Below are positions 1 to 10,334 of a stretch of DNA of 64,000 nt, piece by piece; positions within the stretch are counted from its first letter, which is position 1; each line of letters starts with the position of its first letter. The translations under genes were made by a program, and so were the position numbers. The notes beneath the pieces were generated by a model. It was not told where the DNA came from. It searched no databases and saw nothing but the letters and a program-made list of their open reading frames with translations. Source of the DNA: Candidatus Poribacteria bacterium (GTDB lineage: Bacteria > Poribacteria > WGA-4E > PCPOR2b). Location of the stretch: contig OZ244042.1 in NCBI GenBank assembly GCA_965215015.1, positions 256,001-320,000 of the forward strand. The letters are read 5' to 3'.

Positions 1-1
1 A

Positions 2-499
2 GGCAACCTTACTGCCCACAGCCAGCACCGATGGCACGCTGACCGACAAGGTGTGGCGGAGGTTGATTACCTGCGCATCAAGGTCATGATCTATCTTGAC
101 CCGGTGACAAAAGACCGGGGCTGCCTGCGCGTTATCCCCGGTTCACATCGGCTGCCACTCCACATGGATCTTGAACCGCTTATCGCCCAGAAAGCGAATT
201 CGAGTCCAGCGACTTTCGGGGTTTCCGGGTCCGACTTGCCGTGTTTTCCGATTGAAGCCCAGCCGGGCGATGTCGTTTTCTTCAATCACTGTTTATGGCA
301 CGGGATGTTCGGCGGTTGGGCGGGCCGTCGTTATATTGCCCTGAAATTTGCTGCCACGCCGACAACCGAGGCGCACATGACTTCTTTGCGGCGTTGGTCG
401 CCCTACGCCCTGAAGCCTAATGCGGCGTTTGTGAATAGCGATCGGCCGCGAATTCAAAGCATGATGGAGGGGGTTCCGGGGGGTGAATCAAGGGGCTAA
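2..499 (+). CDS. PhyH-family (phytanoyl-CoA dioxygenase-like) Fe/2OG dioxygenase, 5'-truncated by window edge
   Basis: Frame open from base 2 (GNLTAHSQHRWHAD); WHAD motif, GCLRVIPGSH, PGDVVFF...LWHG. Confidence 0.9.
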   Translation, partial: GNLTAHSQHRWHADRQGVAEVDYLRIKVMIYLDPVTKDRGCLRVIPGSHRLPLHMDLEPLIAQKANSSPATFGVSGSDLPCFPIEAQPGDVVFFNHCLWHGMFGGWAGRRYIALKFAATPTTEAHMTSLRRWSPYALKPNAAFVNSDRPRIQSMMEGVPGGESRG

Positions 500-569
500 T
501 ACGTGTTAGCTTGACATTGGGTACAATCATCACAGGGATCGGTTGAAAATCTATTGCGAATATTCCAGC

Positions 570-1868
570 TCATATCTCAGCCTGCTTCGGGTCACGGATG
601 AAAAGCGCGGTCAAGATAGTCGCGAGCGTCGAAGCTATGAGAACAAAGAGCCAAGGATAGCTGGGATTTTGAGCGTAGAGGTAACCTCCCGCAAGAGATG
701 CTATCATCAAGGGTAGAGTAATGAGGAATCCGGTACCAGGCCCACCAGTTCCACCCCCTGCGGCACCAATCATGACTCCGCCCTGTCCCAACGCTGCCAT
801 CACCCGTCCCCGAATGTCTCGTGGCGCGATGTCCGCCATCAGCGCACTACACGCAGGGATAGCAATGGCAGATGCTACTGCAATCACCAACCGTATCAGA
901 AGAACAGCGGTGAAATCTTTCGCAAGAATGAACAGTGGCATTGCCCCAGTCGAAAGGATCAAGGCTGCCAACAGTGAGGTCGTCCTGCCCCAACGGTCCA
1001 CGACAACACCCGCCGGGATGAGTATCACGAGGCGCAACGCTGTCTCACAAAGCAAAATCAATCCCCACTGTGATGAAGATAGACCGATTCGCTCTATAGC
1101 ATAGACCACCCAAAAGGGACTCGCCACTCCGTTGACCATAAAGCCTAAAATAATAACACCCGCCAGTGCCTTCAGAGAGGAGGGGAACCCCCGCAACAAC
1201 GTGGGAATTCCACTATACGCTTTGGTAAGCAAGCTTGGGAGGGAAGCAACTGTCAGGCGAGTATGGAATTTCGGTATAGATTCTTTGAGAAAGCGGACAT
1301 GTATAATAGCGGAAGCCAGATATAACACCAGCATCGCTCCATAAAGCGTCCGGACACCGGTGTTTGGGCCAGAGAGCTCTACAACGATACCGGCGATGTA
1401 AGGCGCGAAGATGGAGAGACCGCTCGAAATGGTGTTCATCGTCGCGATGCCTCTGCCACGGTCTTCTGGAGACAGCGAGTCGGCAATCAATGCGGACCGA
1501 GGTGGAAATCCCAAAACCACTAAACCACTCATCAATGAAGCGATCGCAATTATTTGCCATTTGAATGCAAGGACATATATTAGGACAAAGGCAACAGAGA
1601 GGTAATTACCTAGCACGATAAGTTTGACCCGGCTGGCGCGATCGGTGAGGTAGCCGGCAATCGGGAATACAATCAATCCGGCCAGTGGTCTGAGAAAGTT
1701 CACCCAGCCTATAGTTCTGGCATCTCCACCGAGGGCAAGGACATATAGCGATGCGTAAGGGAAAACCATCGCGCGGGCAAAGTTACCTAGCAGCCCGGTA
1801 ATGGAAAAGATTACAATGTTGCCAGACATTAACCTTTTCGTATTGCCGATAACACTGTTATTAGGCAT
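570..1868 (-). CDS. MFS transporter
   Basis: 432 aa, ~12 hydrophobic segments, motif-A-like GYLTDRASR and GVVVDRWGR; GGAGG RBS. Confidence 0.9.
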   Translation of the reverse strand: MPNNSVIGNTKRLMSGNIVIFSITGLLGNFARAMVFPYASLYVLALGGDARTIGWVNFLRPLAGLIVFPIAGYLTDRASRVKLIVLGNYLSVAFVLIYVLAFKWQIIAIASLMSGLVVLGFPPRSALIADSLSPEDRGRGIATMNTISSGLSIFAPYIAGIVVELSGPNTGVRTLYGAMLVLYLASAIIHVRFLKESIPKFHTRLTVASLPSLLTKAYSGIPTLLRGFPSSLKALAGVIILGFMVNGVASPFWVVYAIERIGLSSSQWGLILLCETALRLVILIPAGVVVDRWGRTTSLLAALILSTGAMPLFILAKDFTAVLLIRLVIAVASAIAIPACSALMADIAPRDIRGRVMAALGQGGVMIGAAGGGTGGPGTGFLITLPLMIASLAGGYLYAQNPSYPWLFVLIASTLATILTALFIRDPKQAEI

Positions 1869-1898
1869 AACACGCCTCCTTATTTTTTGTGTCTAGTC

Positions 1899-3461
1899 CT
1901 ATTCTCCCTGAAGCGTAACGACCTCCGGCAATGGCATATAGTTCTGTTTTTCAAGTAAGGCGAGGAGTTTCTTAGATTGCTGGCGTGATACCACGAGATC
2001 CATCGGGGAAATCTCGCCGAGAATATATCTTCCAATCAGTTTGGAGGCTTTGATTTCTTGAGCGATCCGGGCGTTTTTGCAACGGAGCAGCATCACGTCC
2101 ATCAGGTAGATTTGCCCATACTGTTCTGCCCAATCTTTAATTGATACTTCAACATTCTGTGGAATGCCAGTTTTGGAATAGGCTTTCAAAAACGCCAAGA
2201 TTTCATCAAGGGAGAAGCCCGACCGCAAGCCTTTGTAGATTGATTCAGCGGAGAATTTGTAGGTAGACATCTGATCCGCTTGATGAAGCTCCGCAATATG
2301 ATTGAGTTTCCAACGGAGTTCGGGGGCCAGATAACTTGAGGCAAGTACCTCGTGGTTCGGTTGAATGATAAACGACGACTCGAACTCGTAACCCTCAATC
2401 GGTTCGTCATAGAGGAGGTGTTGTCCAAGATCTGTCACCTGAACCGCAACATCGTCTCCCAAGTGGGCAAATGCAACCCCTCCCATATAGGTCAGGTAGT
2501 TAATAAAAGAACGTTCCAGATGGGAATAAAGTGTTTGCAGCCAATTCGCGTTCACCGTGAATCTGGAGATCTGATCTTGAATCGAGGAAAGCAGTGTCCA
2601 ACGTTCTGGAGTGAGCGTGCGTACAATGGATAGTGCTGTTGAAACTGAGGGATCTTTCGAGATACTGTATTTCAACCAGTGACTGTATATGTCCAATAGT
2701 TTTTCTGTATCGGTCTTTTGGATCCACTCCCGCCCGGCTTCACTGCATATTAGGTCGGAATCCTTTCGACGAACGAATTTTTGGGACCGGCAAAACTGAA
2801 GGATAAAAGCTAAACGATCCGGATTTCCCGTCGTTGGATTGATTCGGTGGTAAACCTTTGGTGTATCGTTCGGCACTTCAAAACGTCCGAGAAGCTGTTT
2901 CTGTATACGCTTGTAGATACTGCCCTGTTGCGTCTGCTGTATTCCGTACTGGGAAGCAAAGCAGAGAAAGGTGAAAGTATCTCGGACCAGCGCAAACCCG
3001 TCATCGCGAAAATTTTGGGGCTTTTTTTGGGGGGACCTAAGGGCAGTGTTTATATCCTTTGCAAAAATTTTCTGCAGCAACAAACGAAGGTCTTCAGGAA
3101 CGATATAGTGATATTCCATGTTGTCTGTCACAATCGCGAAAATAAGCCCGGATTCGCTAAGCACCTGCAAGATTTCTGCACCTTTGCTTGACCAGTCGCG
3201 GCTCATTTGATTCACCTTTTGATTAAAGGAGTGGAACGGAACCCCCATTTCACCGGCGGAAAACGCAAGGATCATTAGCACTAAACACTCGTGATAATTG
3301 AAACGCGCCACTAAGTTCTTCAACGAGGCCGGATTCAGAAATGTCTCAACCATTTGCTCGTGCAGCTTTGAGGTTGGAAGGCGGTCAGCTAATCCGATTC
3401 GGCGTGCGACCCGTTGGCAATAGGCTTTGGAGGTGTGTTTAAGGACATCTCTGTAATTCAT
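1899..3461 (-). CDS. XPB/Ssl2-like helicase-associated (Helicase_C_3) domain protein, no helicase motor
   Basis: C-terminal IIQPNHEV...YKFSAESIYKG...IPQNVEVSIKDW signature; no Walker motifs. Confidence 0.75.
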   Translation of the reverse strand: MNYRDVLKHTSKAYCQRVARRIGLADRLPTSKLHEQMVETFLNPASLKNLVARFNYHECLVLMILAFSAGEMGVPFHSFNQKVNQMSRDWSSKGAEILQVLSESGLIFAIVTDNMEYHYIVPEDLRLLLQKIFAKDINTALRSPQKKPQNFRDDGFALVRDTFTFLCFASQYGIQQTQQGSIYKRIQKQLLGRFEVPNDTPKVYHRINPTTGNPDRLAFILQFCRSQKFVRRKDSDLICSEAGREWIQKTDTEKLLDIYSHWLKYSISKDPSVSTALSIVRTLTPERWTLLSSIQDQISRFTVNANWLQTLYSHLERSFINYLTYMGGVAFAHLGDDVAVQVTDLGQHLLYDEPIEGYEFESSFIIQPNHEVLASSYLAPELRWKLNHIAELHQADQMSTYKFSAESIYKGLRSGFSLDEILAFLKAYSKTGIPQNVEVSIKDWAEQYGQIYLMDVMLLRCKNARIAQEIKASKLIGRYILGEISPMDLVVSRQQSKKLLALLEKQNYMPLPEVVTLQGE

Positions 3462-3602
3462 TGTGTACTCAAATGTTCCTAATCGGAGATTGGGTAAAAG
3501 ATAAATTATAGCATATCAGCACAACAAAACAAGCCTTATTTCTGATTTCCATTGCTGAATCCGTGAGACAATTCGAGCCCCCTCACACAAATAACCCTGT
3601 TC

Positions 3603-3625
3603 GTAGTAGCGCAATGAATTGCGCG
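3603..3625 (+). repeat. GTAG-headed REP-like palindrome
   Basis: cgtagtaGCGCAATgaATTGCGC; same family as 32554-32919 and 49818-50007. Confidence 0.75.
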
Positions 3626-3756
3626 TTTGTTCCTATCCGCGTCCTCCGCTAAAGCCGCGATCCAACACTTGTTTCATTCGTGTCGATTGGCGGAGATTTG
3701 CGGAGGTATTTTTTAACCATTCCGTAAGAAAAGTAGCAGATATATGGAGAGAATCA

Positions 3757-5181
3757 ATGAAATCACCTAAACATGATGTTTGGAAGTGGCGAATTGCGTT
3801 GATGATGTTGGGCACTTGGATTTGCCTTGAGGGCGTGGAGATACTCACAATCGCAGAGGTACGCCCCCCCCGTCGAAGAAGAGGATTGATGATCAGCCCA
3901 GATGACTTAAAGAAAAAGGAGGAACCAACGGTTGATATTGGGAAAAGCCTTGTGGAAATTGCCCGACGGGCAAGCCGTCTGAGCGACAATCAGATGGTCG
4001 ATCTGGTCTTTGTTATCGATGGAAGTGTGGAGATGAAGGGGCCGGGTAAAATCGTTGAAGGACGGCTTGTTGATATCGCCAGTGCCTTTGAAGAAGAATC
4101 GATCATTGATTATCAGTTTGGGCTTGTTTGGTTCCAAAATGCCGGTAAGACATCACGAATCACGGTCAAACCGTTGCAGGGTGGACTTATTGAGATTGAA
4201 GACAACTTTCGCAAGATGACGCCGCCGAAATTTAAAGGGCGTATCACCGGACACGGGCTCGATGCGATTATGAAAGGGCTTGAAGAGTTACAATTCCGGG
4301 CGGAGGCCGAGAAACATCTCGTTGTTGTGACAAATTCAAATCTGAAAACATCTTGGGAGGGCAGAGACGGAAGGAATCAGGTTATAGGGAAGATTCTGGA
4401 TTGGTGTAAACGGGACAAGATTCGGATTAACATCATCGGAATCAACCAAGAAATACAGGTGCAATTAACCAACTACACCGGGGGCAAATGGCACCCAATC
4501 GACAAATATCAACGTAGGATTAACCCTGTGCCTCTGATAGACAGGTCTGTACTCAAAATTGATGGGATTTTCAGACGCATCGCTCAACATATCGCTGTAA
4601 CGGTGAAGCAACCCGCTGATATAGTGTTTGTTTATGACTCCAGCTTAAGCATGGACAATAAAGTGGACGAAGCCTGCACAGGACTGGATCTATTGGTCGG
4701 GATTCTGGATGGCGAAGGATTAGATTATCGATTGGGAATCATTCGGTTCTGGGCTCAGTCGGGAGGGGGCGAAAGTTTGGTTACAATAACGCAACCCCCA
4801 TTAAATGCTAAGCAGGTCAAGAAACTATTTCAGAGACCTAGACGTGGTGATGAACATCTGTTGGACGCAATTATGGAGGGTGTGCCCAAACTCAAAACGC
4901 CGGACGATCGAAAACTTGTGCTTTTTGTTGTGACTGATGAGTCTACCACTAAGGGGCCAGGAAAAAAATATACATCCGCAAGGGCAATCGAAGTCTGCCG
5001 CGACGCTGGCGCACAGGTCAACGTCATTGGGGGCATCGCGCCAATGGGGAGTGCTGTATCTTCTCTGGCTGGTGGCAAACTTCATGTAGATTTTCAGCAA
5101 CGTGTCGCCGAGGTCACAAAGGGGCAACACTACATCATGCCGGGGAGTCCGTCGCACTTGAGGCAGAGTGACATCAGGTAA
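3757..5181 (+). CDS. Membrane-anchored/secreted protein with two vWA domains
   Basis: ATG 3757 after GGAGA; N-terminal hydrophobic segment; DLVFVIDGSVEM and DIVFVYDSSLSM MIDAS-like motifs. Confidence 0.8.
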   Translation: MKSPKHDVWKWRIALMMLGTWICLEGVEILTIAEVRPPRRRRGLMISPDDLKKKEEPTVDIGKSLVEIARRASRLSDNQMVDLVFVIDGSVEMKGPGKIVEGRLVDIASAFEEESIIDYQFGLVWFQNAGKTSRITVKPLQGGLIEIEDNFRKMTPPKFKGRITGHGLDAIMKGLEELQFRAEAEKHLVVVTNSNLKTSWEGRDGRNQVIGKILDWCKRDKIRINIIGINQEIQVQLTNYTGGKWHPIDKYQRRINPVPLIDRSVLKIDGIFRRIAQHIAVTVKQPADIVFVYDSSLSMDNKVDEACTGLDLLVGILDGEGLDYRLGIIRFWAQSGGGESLVTITQPPLNAKQVKKLFQRPRRGDEHLLDAIMEGVPKLKTPDDRKLVLFVVTDESTTKGPGKKYTSARAIEVCRDAGAQVNVIGGIAPMGSAVSSLAGGKLHVDFQQRVAEVTKGQHYIMPGSPSHLRQSDIR

Positions 5182-5195
5182 GGGTTAGACATAAT

Positions 5196-5441
5196 GGCTC
5201 ATGTTAAAAGACAGTGCAAAACGCAAAAAGCCCCTATCCGATTGGGAGAACACCCGGAACATCGCGCGATGTTCCGGGCTAATTGAGCCAGGATTATTAG
5301 CACGATAGTGTCTGGTGTCTTCGTAAGTCATTCGTTCCGAAAGACAATCATACCGGGACGTGAAACGTGAAAATCATTTGCTCATTGGTACAGTCGGGTT
5401 AGGAAGTCCCGATTCTATTGCACGATTTCTTAACATGAGCC
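5196..5441. mobile_element. MITE-like element, family A
   Basis: Terminal inverted repeat GGCTCATGTTAA...TTAACATGAGCC (12 bp perfect, ~25 bp imperfect); internal 26-bp perfect palindrome at 5253-5278. Confidence 0.7.
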
Positions 5442-5526
5442 AACATAACCATTTCGATATTCTTGTCTCTAGAATCTATCGGGTTAAAAATCTCTGATTA
5501 CTCACCATACATAGAAAGGAGATATC

Positions 5527-6324
5527 ATGATAGACAATGAATTGGCTCTCGCTTCAGCGACCGATCTTTTGGAGTTAATCTCGACAAAGCAGGTTTCCCC
5601 GGTGGAGTTGACTGAAATGTACTTTGACCGCATTGATAAGCTAGATTCGCAACTAAATGCATTCCTGCTCTTGACTCACGACGAGGCAATGGAGACTGCC
5701 GAGGCTGCAGTTGTCCGTGGAGACGAACTTGGGGCACTGCACGGATTGCCCATCCCCATTAAAGACACTCAAATGACCAAGGGAATACGGACGACTTCAG
5801 GGTCGGTGGTATACAAGGACCGGATACCGGAAAGGGATTCAGCAGTGGTGGAGCGGGTGCGAGAAGCCGGGGGCATCATCATAGGTAAAACCAATGTTCC
5901 AGAGTTCGGCATGGTTGGCACCTGTGAGAACAGCCTAGGCAGCCCCGGGTGTAACCCTTGGAATACCAATCGTACGCCGGGAGGATCCAGCGGGGGCGCG
6001 GCGGTGGCAGCGCACCTGTTTGAGAAATACGATTTGTTGCTTTCACCGACATCGTGCTTTCCTGCCTTCCCCAACGGCGAGTATCCCGGTAAGTGGTCGC
6101 CTGACAGAATCTTTCCAGATCAGTACTGGAACGGTGCGTTCACATTACCGATTAACGTGATTGGACACCCCGCTGCCGCCGTACCCGCAGGTTTCTCATC
6201 CGACAATCTGCCCATCGGTCTCCATATTGTGGGGAGGAAGGGGGATGAGGAGACAGTCCTGGCTGCGTCAGGTGCCTTTGAGCGGGCACAGCCATGGATA
6301 CAACACCAACCCCCGGTCTCCTGA
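5527..6324 (+). pseudogene. Amidase-signature family gene with large in-frame internal deletion
   Basis: PIKD and GGSSGG present, but GGSSGGAAVAA joins directly to the C-terminal YDLLLSPT; the GSDxGGSIR nucleophile segment is absent; 265 aa. Confidence 0.75.
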
Positions 6325-6398
6325 GTGTACACTTAAATATGAATATGCCTATACCAACTAATTCGTATCCTTATCCGCGATCATCAGAGGATTACATT

Positions 6399-6430
6399 AG
6401 GCGAATAGCTTGGTCCATTCGCCTTTTTTT
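6399..6430 (+). terminator. Rho-independent terminator
   Basis: AGGCGAAT...ATTCGCCT stem followed by T-run, between convergent genes. Confidence 0.7.
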
Positions 6431-6464
6431 ATGACCCGCCCTTGAATTACTGAAATAAACCGGG

Positions 6465-7133
6465 TTAAAACGCTGTGGACATCGCAATCCCAAATGTTTC
6501 GAGCCAGATGTACATTAGACTGACGCCGTGCTGGTTATAAAAATAGTTGAACATCAGATGGGGTTCTTTTCCGTCATACATGCCACGCACGGAAAAACCT
6601 TTGCCAAATTCAACGCTGGCTCCAAAAGGAAAATTGAGTCCGCCATCCCACTCAGAATAATTCACGGTCCCATACACTGAGAGTGGTAGATACGGTAGCC
6701 GTTTGGCGGCTGTTAAAAAATAGGCTTGTTCACCCGCGGGAGAGCCAATGCGGCCGGAACTTGTTCCGAGAAATAGCGCAGGACGGATATCGGTTTCGGT
6801 AGACAGGAATAGGCTGAAAAGCGGCGACACCTCTGACGCCGCAGGATTATACTCCACACCGACTTGAAGCCTGTCTATCAATCGATAATTTAGCGTCGTT
6901 CTCCAGCGCGGGCGTTTCTTCTCCGTATTCACATAACGCCAAGATGCCGCCCATTTCGTCTGAATACCGCTCCCCCGAAGCGGTGCCCCCTCGCCGGGTC
7001 ACGCACTTCAGGTGGGGGCTGTGGCTGTCGGTCGTTTCGGTTGCAGCGGTTTGAGTTGAAATTTGTCCTCATCCGCCCAACCACCGACCGCTACCGCGAA
7101 GAATAAACAGAGAAGTAGATAGCGAATAGACAT
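6465..7133 (-). CDS. Putative secreted/outer-membrane selenoprotein with U42-S-A-U45 motif (222 aa with readthrough)
   Basis: ATG 7133, signal peptide MSIRYLLLCLFFAVAVGGWA; in-frame TGA at 7010-7008 and 7001-6999; frame continues into ORF 6465-6932; beta-strand-like C-terminus ending in Phe. Confidence 0.72.
6966..6984 (-). promoter_or_regulatory. Candidate bacterial SECIS hairpin
   Basis: mRNA ACCGCUUC-GGG-GGAGCGGU; loop G is 23 nt after the second UGA and 32 nt after the first. Confidence 0.65.
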
Positions 7134-7145
7134 GAGATTTTCCCG

Positions 7146-8186
7146 TTAATCGAATTCAGCTAATTTAACAGGCCGACCCTCCACCGCCGAGAGGTCTGCG
7201 GCGAAAACAACGCGGTGTGATTCAAACGCCGTGTCGAAATCGGTCAAGGGCATCGGTTCGTCTGTGCCGATGCTGTCAATAAACGCCTGAAACTGGGGCT
7301 CATAGGGGTGATCGCTCACATCCCCCGAATCAATGAGCGAGGTTTCAAGTGTACTCCACCTGCTCTTATCCATGCCCTTCAATTTCGCAGAGTAGATTCG
7401 GTTGTCTAACAGACTGCCTTCGCTGCCGACCAGATGGATGTGGAAGTAGTAGGGCTGGAGGCAGTCCACACAGGAAGTGACCTTCGCAATTTTATTCCCG
7501 CCCTCAAACTTGAGAATCGTGACGCTGGTTGTCTCATATTCATAGGGGACGAAATCCTTCCCCTGCGATTGCGTGTGGTAGCTCGTTACCTCTTCGACCT
7601 TCCCATCCATAAAGAACAGCAGGGCATCAAGGGCATGGCAACCCGCTGTCAATAGACTACTGCCGGCAAAGTCTTTTTTGATGTTCCAACCGTACTGACC
7701 ATACCAAGGTCCAATGCCGTGGTAATAATCCACCTCGCTGTAATGCAGATTGCCAAGTAACCCCTCATCGATAATCGAGCGGATCATCGTGAAGTGTGCG
7801 CTGTAGCGGCATTCAAAGCAGACACATACCCCCACGCCTGCTTTTCGTATTGCATCACGCAGCCGTTTGGCGTCCTCATAGGTCAGGCAGATGGGTTTTT
7901 CGATGATCAGGTGCTTCCCCGCTTCTGCAGCGGCGATGGCCTGATCCGCGTGAAACGGATGGGGTGTGCAGATGTCCACGATATGTATGTCTGGATTTGC
8001 CAGCATCGCCTCATAGTCCGTATAGGCTTTCAGGGGTGTGCCAAATTCCGCTTCCAATGCCGCTTCGTCATGTTCACGTCGGGAGCAGATTGCTGTGACA
8101 TTTCCGCCTTGAACCGTCTTAAAGGTCTCGATGTGTGCCCCGGCAACCCAGCCTAGTCCAACAATACCAACATTCATATCACTCAT
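7146..8186 (-). CDS. Gfo/Idh/MocA family oxidoreductase
   Basis: GIVGLGWVA Rossmann motif, [15 protein letters not shown]. Confidence 0.92.
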   Translation of the reverse strand: MSDMNVGIVGLGWVAGAHIETFKTVQGGNVTAICSRREHDEAALEAEFGTPLKAYTDYEAMLANPDIHIVDICTPHPFHADQAIAAAEAGKHLIIEKPICLTYEDAKRLRDAIRKAGVGVCVCFECRYSAHFTMIRSIIDEGLLGNLHYSEVDYYHGIGPWYGQYGWNIKKDFAGSSLLTAGCHALDALLFFMDGKVEEVTSYHTQSQGKDFVPYEYETTSVTILKFEGGNKIAKVTSCVDCLQPYYFHIHLVGSEGSLLDNRIYSAKLKGMDKSRWSTLETSLIDSGDVSDHPYEPQFQAFIDSIGTDEPMPLTDFDTAFESHRVVFAADLSAVEGRPVKLAEFD

Positions 8187-8545
8187 TTTTTGCCTCCGAA
8201 TATCCCGGTTTTATTTTTCTTTGTAACATGCTCAACTAACTGTCTATCTAAATAATCTATACTGATTTCAGGTTGATGTCAACACATTTTTTCATGTGGC
8301 GTAACGGTTGGCAATCTGCTATACTTTGTTTTATACATTGCGCGGGCATTGGGGCTATCACCGTGCTATAGACATATCGCTCCTCTGGAGCAAAAGGTAG
8401 CTGCTCGCAGTGAATTGGCAAATCCACTGTAGGTCTGCGGGTATGGCATGGATATGTCTATCCAAGTCAAGCGGGATGGATAAATAACAGCTTAGGTTAT
8501 TATAGCTATTCTGATTTGGGTTGGGGTTGAATGGGAGGATACTTG

Positions 8546-9112
8546 ATGGAGGCGTTGCTGCTCGATTTTCCAGATTCATTTGAGTCAAATCGATTGACCA
8601 TCCGCGCCCCTCGTCCGGGGGATGGTGCTGAAATAAACGCCGCCGTTCAGGAAACCTTCGATGACCTTAAGGTATGGATGCCGTGGGCGCAGCAGATACC
8701 CACTTTGGAGGAATCGGAGAGCTATGTCCGCCGGGCACAGTGTGAATTTTTGGCGCGGGAGGATCTAACACTGCTTCCTTTTCTCAAAGGCACAAACACA
8801 CTCGTTGGTGCCAGCGGCTTGCATCGAATAAACTGGGATATCCCAAAGTTTGAGATTGGCTATTGGTGTCGAAAGCGTTTTCAGGGACAAGGCTACATCA
8901 CCGAGTCGACGGGGGCCATTACCAAATTTGCGTTTGAGACCCTTGGGGCAAAGCGGGTGGAAATTCGTTGTGACTCGAAAAACGTTAGGAGCCGACGTAT
9001 CCCCGACAGGCTTGGATTCAAATTGGAAGGCACATTCCGAAATGACTCGCTTTCGCCAGCCGGGGAATTGCGAGATACACTCGTATTTGCCAAAATAAAG
9101 CGTAACGCGTAA
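8546..9112 (+). CDS. GNAT N-acetyltransferase, RimJ/RimL family
   Basis: GGAGG RBS before ATG 8546; EIGYW...FQGQGY, GFKLEG. Confidence 0.9.
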   Translation: MEALLLDFPDSFESNRLTIRAPRPGDGAEINAAVQETFDDLKVWMPWAQQIPTLEESESYVRRAQCEFLAREDLTLLPFLKGTNTLVGASGLHRINWDIPKFEIGYWCRKRFQGQGYITESTGAITKFAFETLGAKRVEIRCDSKNVRSRRIPDRLGFKLEGTFRNDSLSPAGELRDTLVFAKIKRNA

Positions 9113-9163
9113 AGGGCATGGAAAATCGGGAGCATACCAACTCGTATGATTGGAGGAGGCGAT

Positions 9164-9889
9164 ATGCAACTGACCAGAAAACAAATAGAGCAATATAGAA
9201 CCGAAGGGTATACCGTCGTGCGTGGACTGATTTCGCCGGAGGAAGGTTGTCGTGTGCGTGACCGTCTCATGGATCTGTTGGCTGGCGATCACGATTGGCC
9301 CGACACCCATTTTCAGGTACTGGATCCGTCGACATTCCGAAATAATAAGGAGGGTTTCCTTCCGATCGGCGTACAGCGTCCCGCTATGCGGGAGGCGGTT
9401 TTCAAAGAGATAGCTGATCACCCAAACTTGCAGGGCGTGATGGAACAGCTGCTCGGCGGTCTCGTCAAACGCTTTACCGATCAGGCACTGATTAAGCACC
9501 GCGCTGTCAGCGGTCAATCGTTTTTCCACCAAGATTCGTTTTATTGGCATTTGGCACCTGAGCAGGGGTGCAATTCGTGGATTGCGCTCGATGAAGTGGG
9601 GTTGGATCGGTGCGCTTTGGCGATTATGCCCGGCACACACCAATCGTGGACACTAATTGAGCACGAAGGCTACTACGATGAGCCAAGCTATCACAACGCC
9701 CGAAGCGGCGAAGCGTTCAAGCGATGGCGTATTCCGGCAGCGGAGATCGATTTTTCTGGCGAAGTGCTCTTGTCTATGTCGCCGGGGGATGCAGCATTCT
9801 TTACCAATTACACTTGGCACCGCTCCGAGCCTAACAACTCTGGAGTTCATAAGTGCGCCTATGCGATCGCGTATCAGTTAAGTAAATGA
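9164..9889 (+). CDS. PhyH-family dioxygenase
   Basis: FHQD, IMPGTH, PGDAAFF...TWHRS; GGAGG RBS. Confidence 0.9.
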   Translation: MQLTRKQIEQYRTEGYTVVRGLISPEEGCRVRDRLMDLLAGDHDWPDTHFQVLDPSTFRNNKEGFLPIGVQRPAMREAVFKEIADHPNLQGVMEQLLGGLVKRFTDQALIKHRAVSGQSFFHQDSFYWHLAPEQGCNSWIALDEVGLDRCALAIMPGTHQSWTLIEHEGYYDEPSYHNARSGEAFKRWRIPAAEIDFSGEVLLSMSPGDAAFFTNYTWHRSEPNNSGVHKCAYAIAYQLSK

Positions 9890-10014
9890 CTGACCCTTGA
9901 CAAAACACAGCTCCTTGACGTGCACGCCACCCCAAGGTATTCAAGGAACTTAGCCGAAGTTGCTAGATTCTGTTGCCATTTGTAGCCGTGTCTTAGTATA
10001 CACACGAGTGCCGC

Positions 10015-10286
10015 TGCCCTCCCAAGGGAATGCTTACCGCATCATGGATTCACGGTTTCATCGAGATTGGAACGCAGAAACGAAACAGGAACCTTCCCTC
10101 ACGAAGGGGAAAACGGGAAGCCGGTTCTCTCGCTTTCCCGTTTTTTTTTACGTTCCCCTTCCCCCTGCTAAATACCCGGTGGGTTGTCCGTCAGTTCCTG
10201 GCTCATTGAGCCTAGAACGGTCTGATACCGTGTGGGTATTCGGGACTGAGGGGGGTACGTCCAAGCGTTTTATTCAAAGCCAGTAA
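10015..10286. repeat. Dispersed ~270-bp structured element, copy 1
   Basis: Long near-identical blocks shared with 58791-59072; nested inverted repeats. Confidence 0.85.
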
Positions 10287-10334
10287 CTACTATTCCCTTT
10301 TATAATAGATCACGATGAAAGACGGAGGTAAATC

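Noticed and set aside
6999-7010. Genome-wide TGA=Trp/Gly recoding to explain the in-frame TGAs
   Set aside because: Many intact genes here end at TGA at the expected place (ppdK, prcB, prcA, trmB), so TGA is normally stop.
8765-9643. 292-aa minus-strand ORF
   Set aside because: Antisense shadow across the GNAT and PhyH genes.
9960-10286. Similar small ORFs at 9960 and 58806 as a protein family
   Set aside because: Similarity comes from the DNA repeat; no RBS or shared start, and the sequence is dominated by hairpins.
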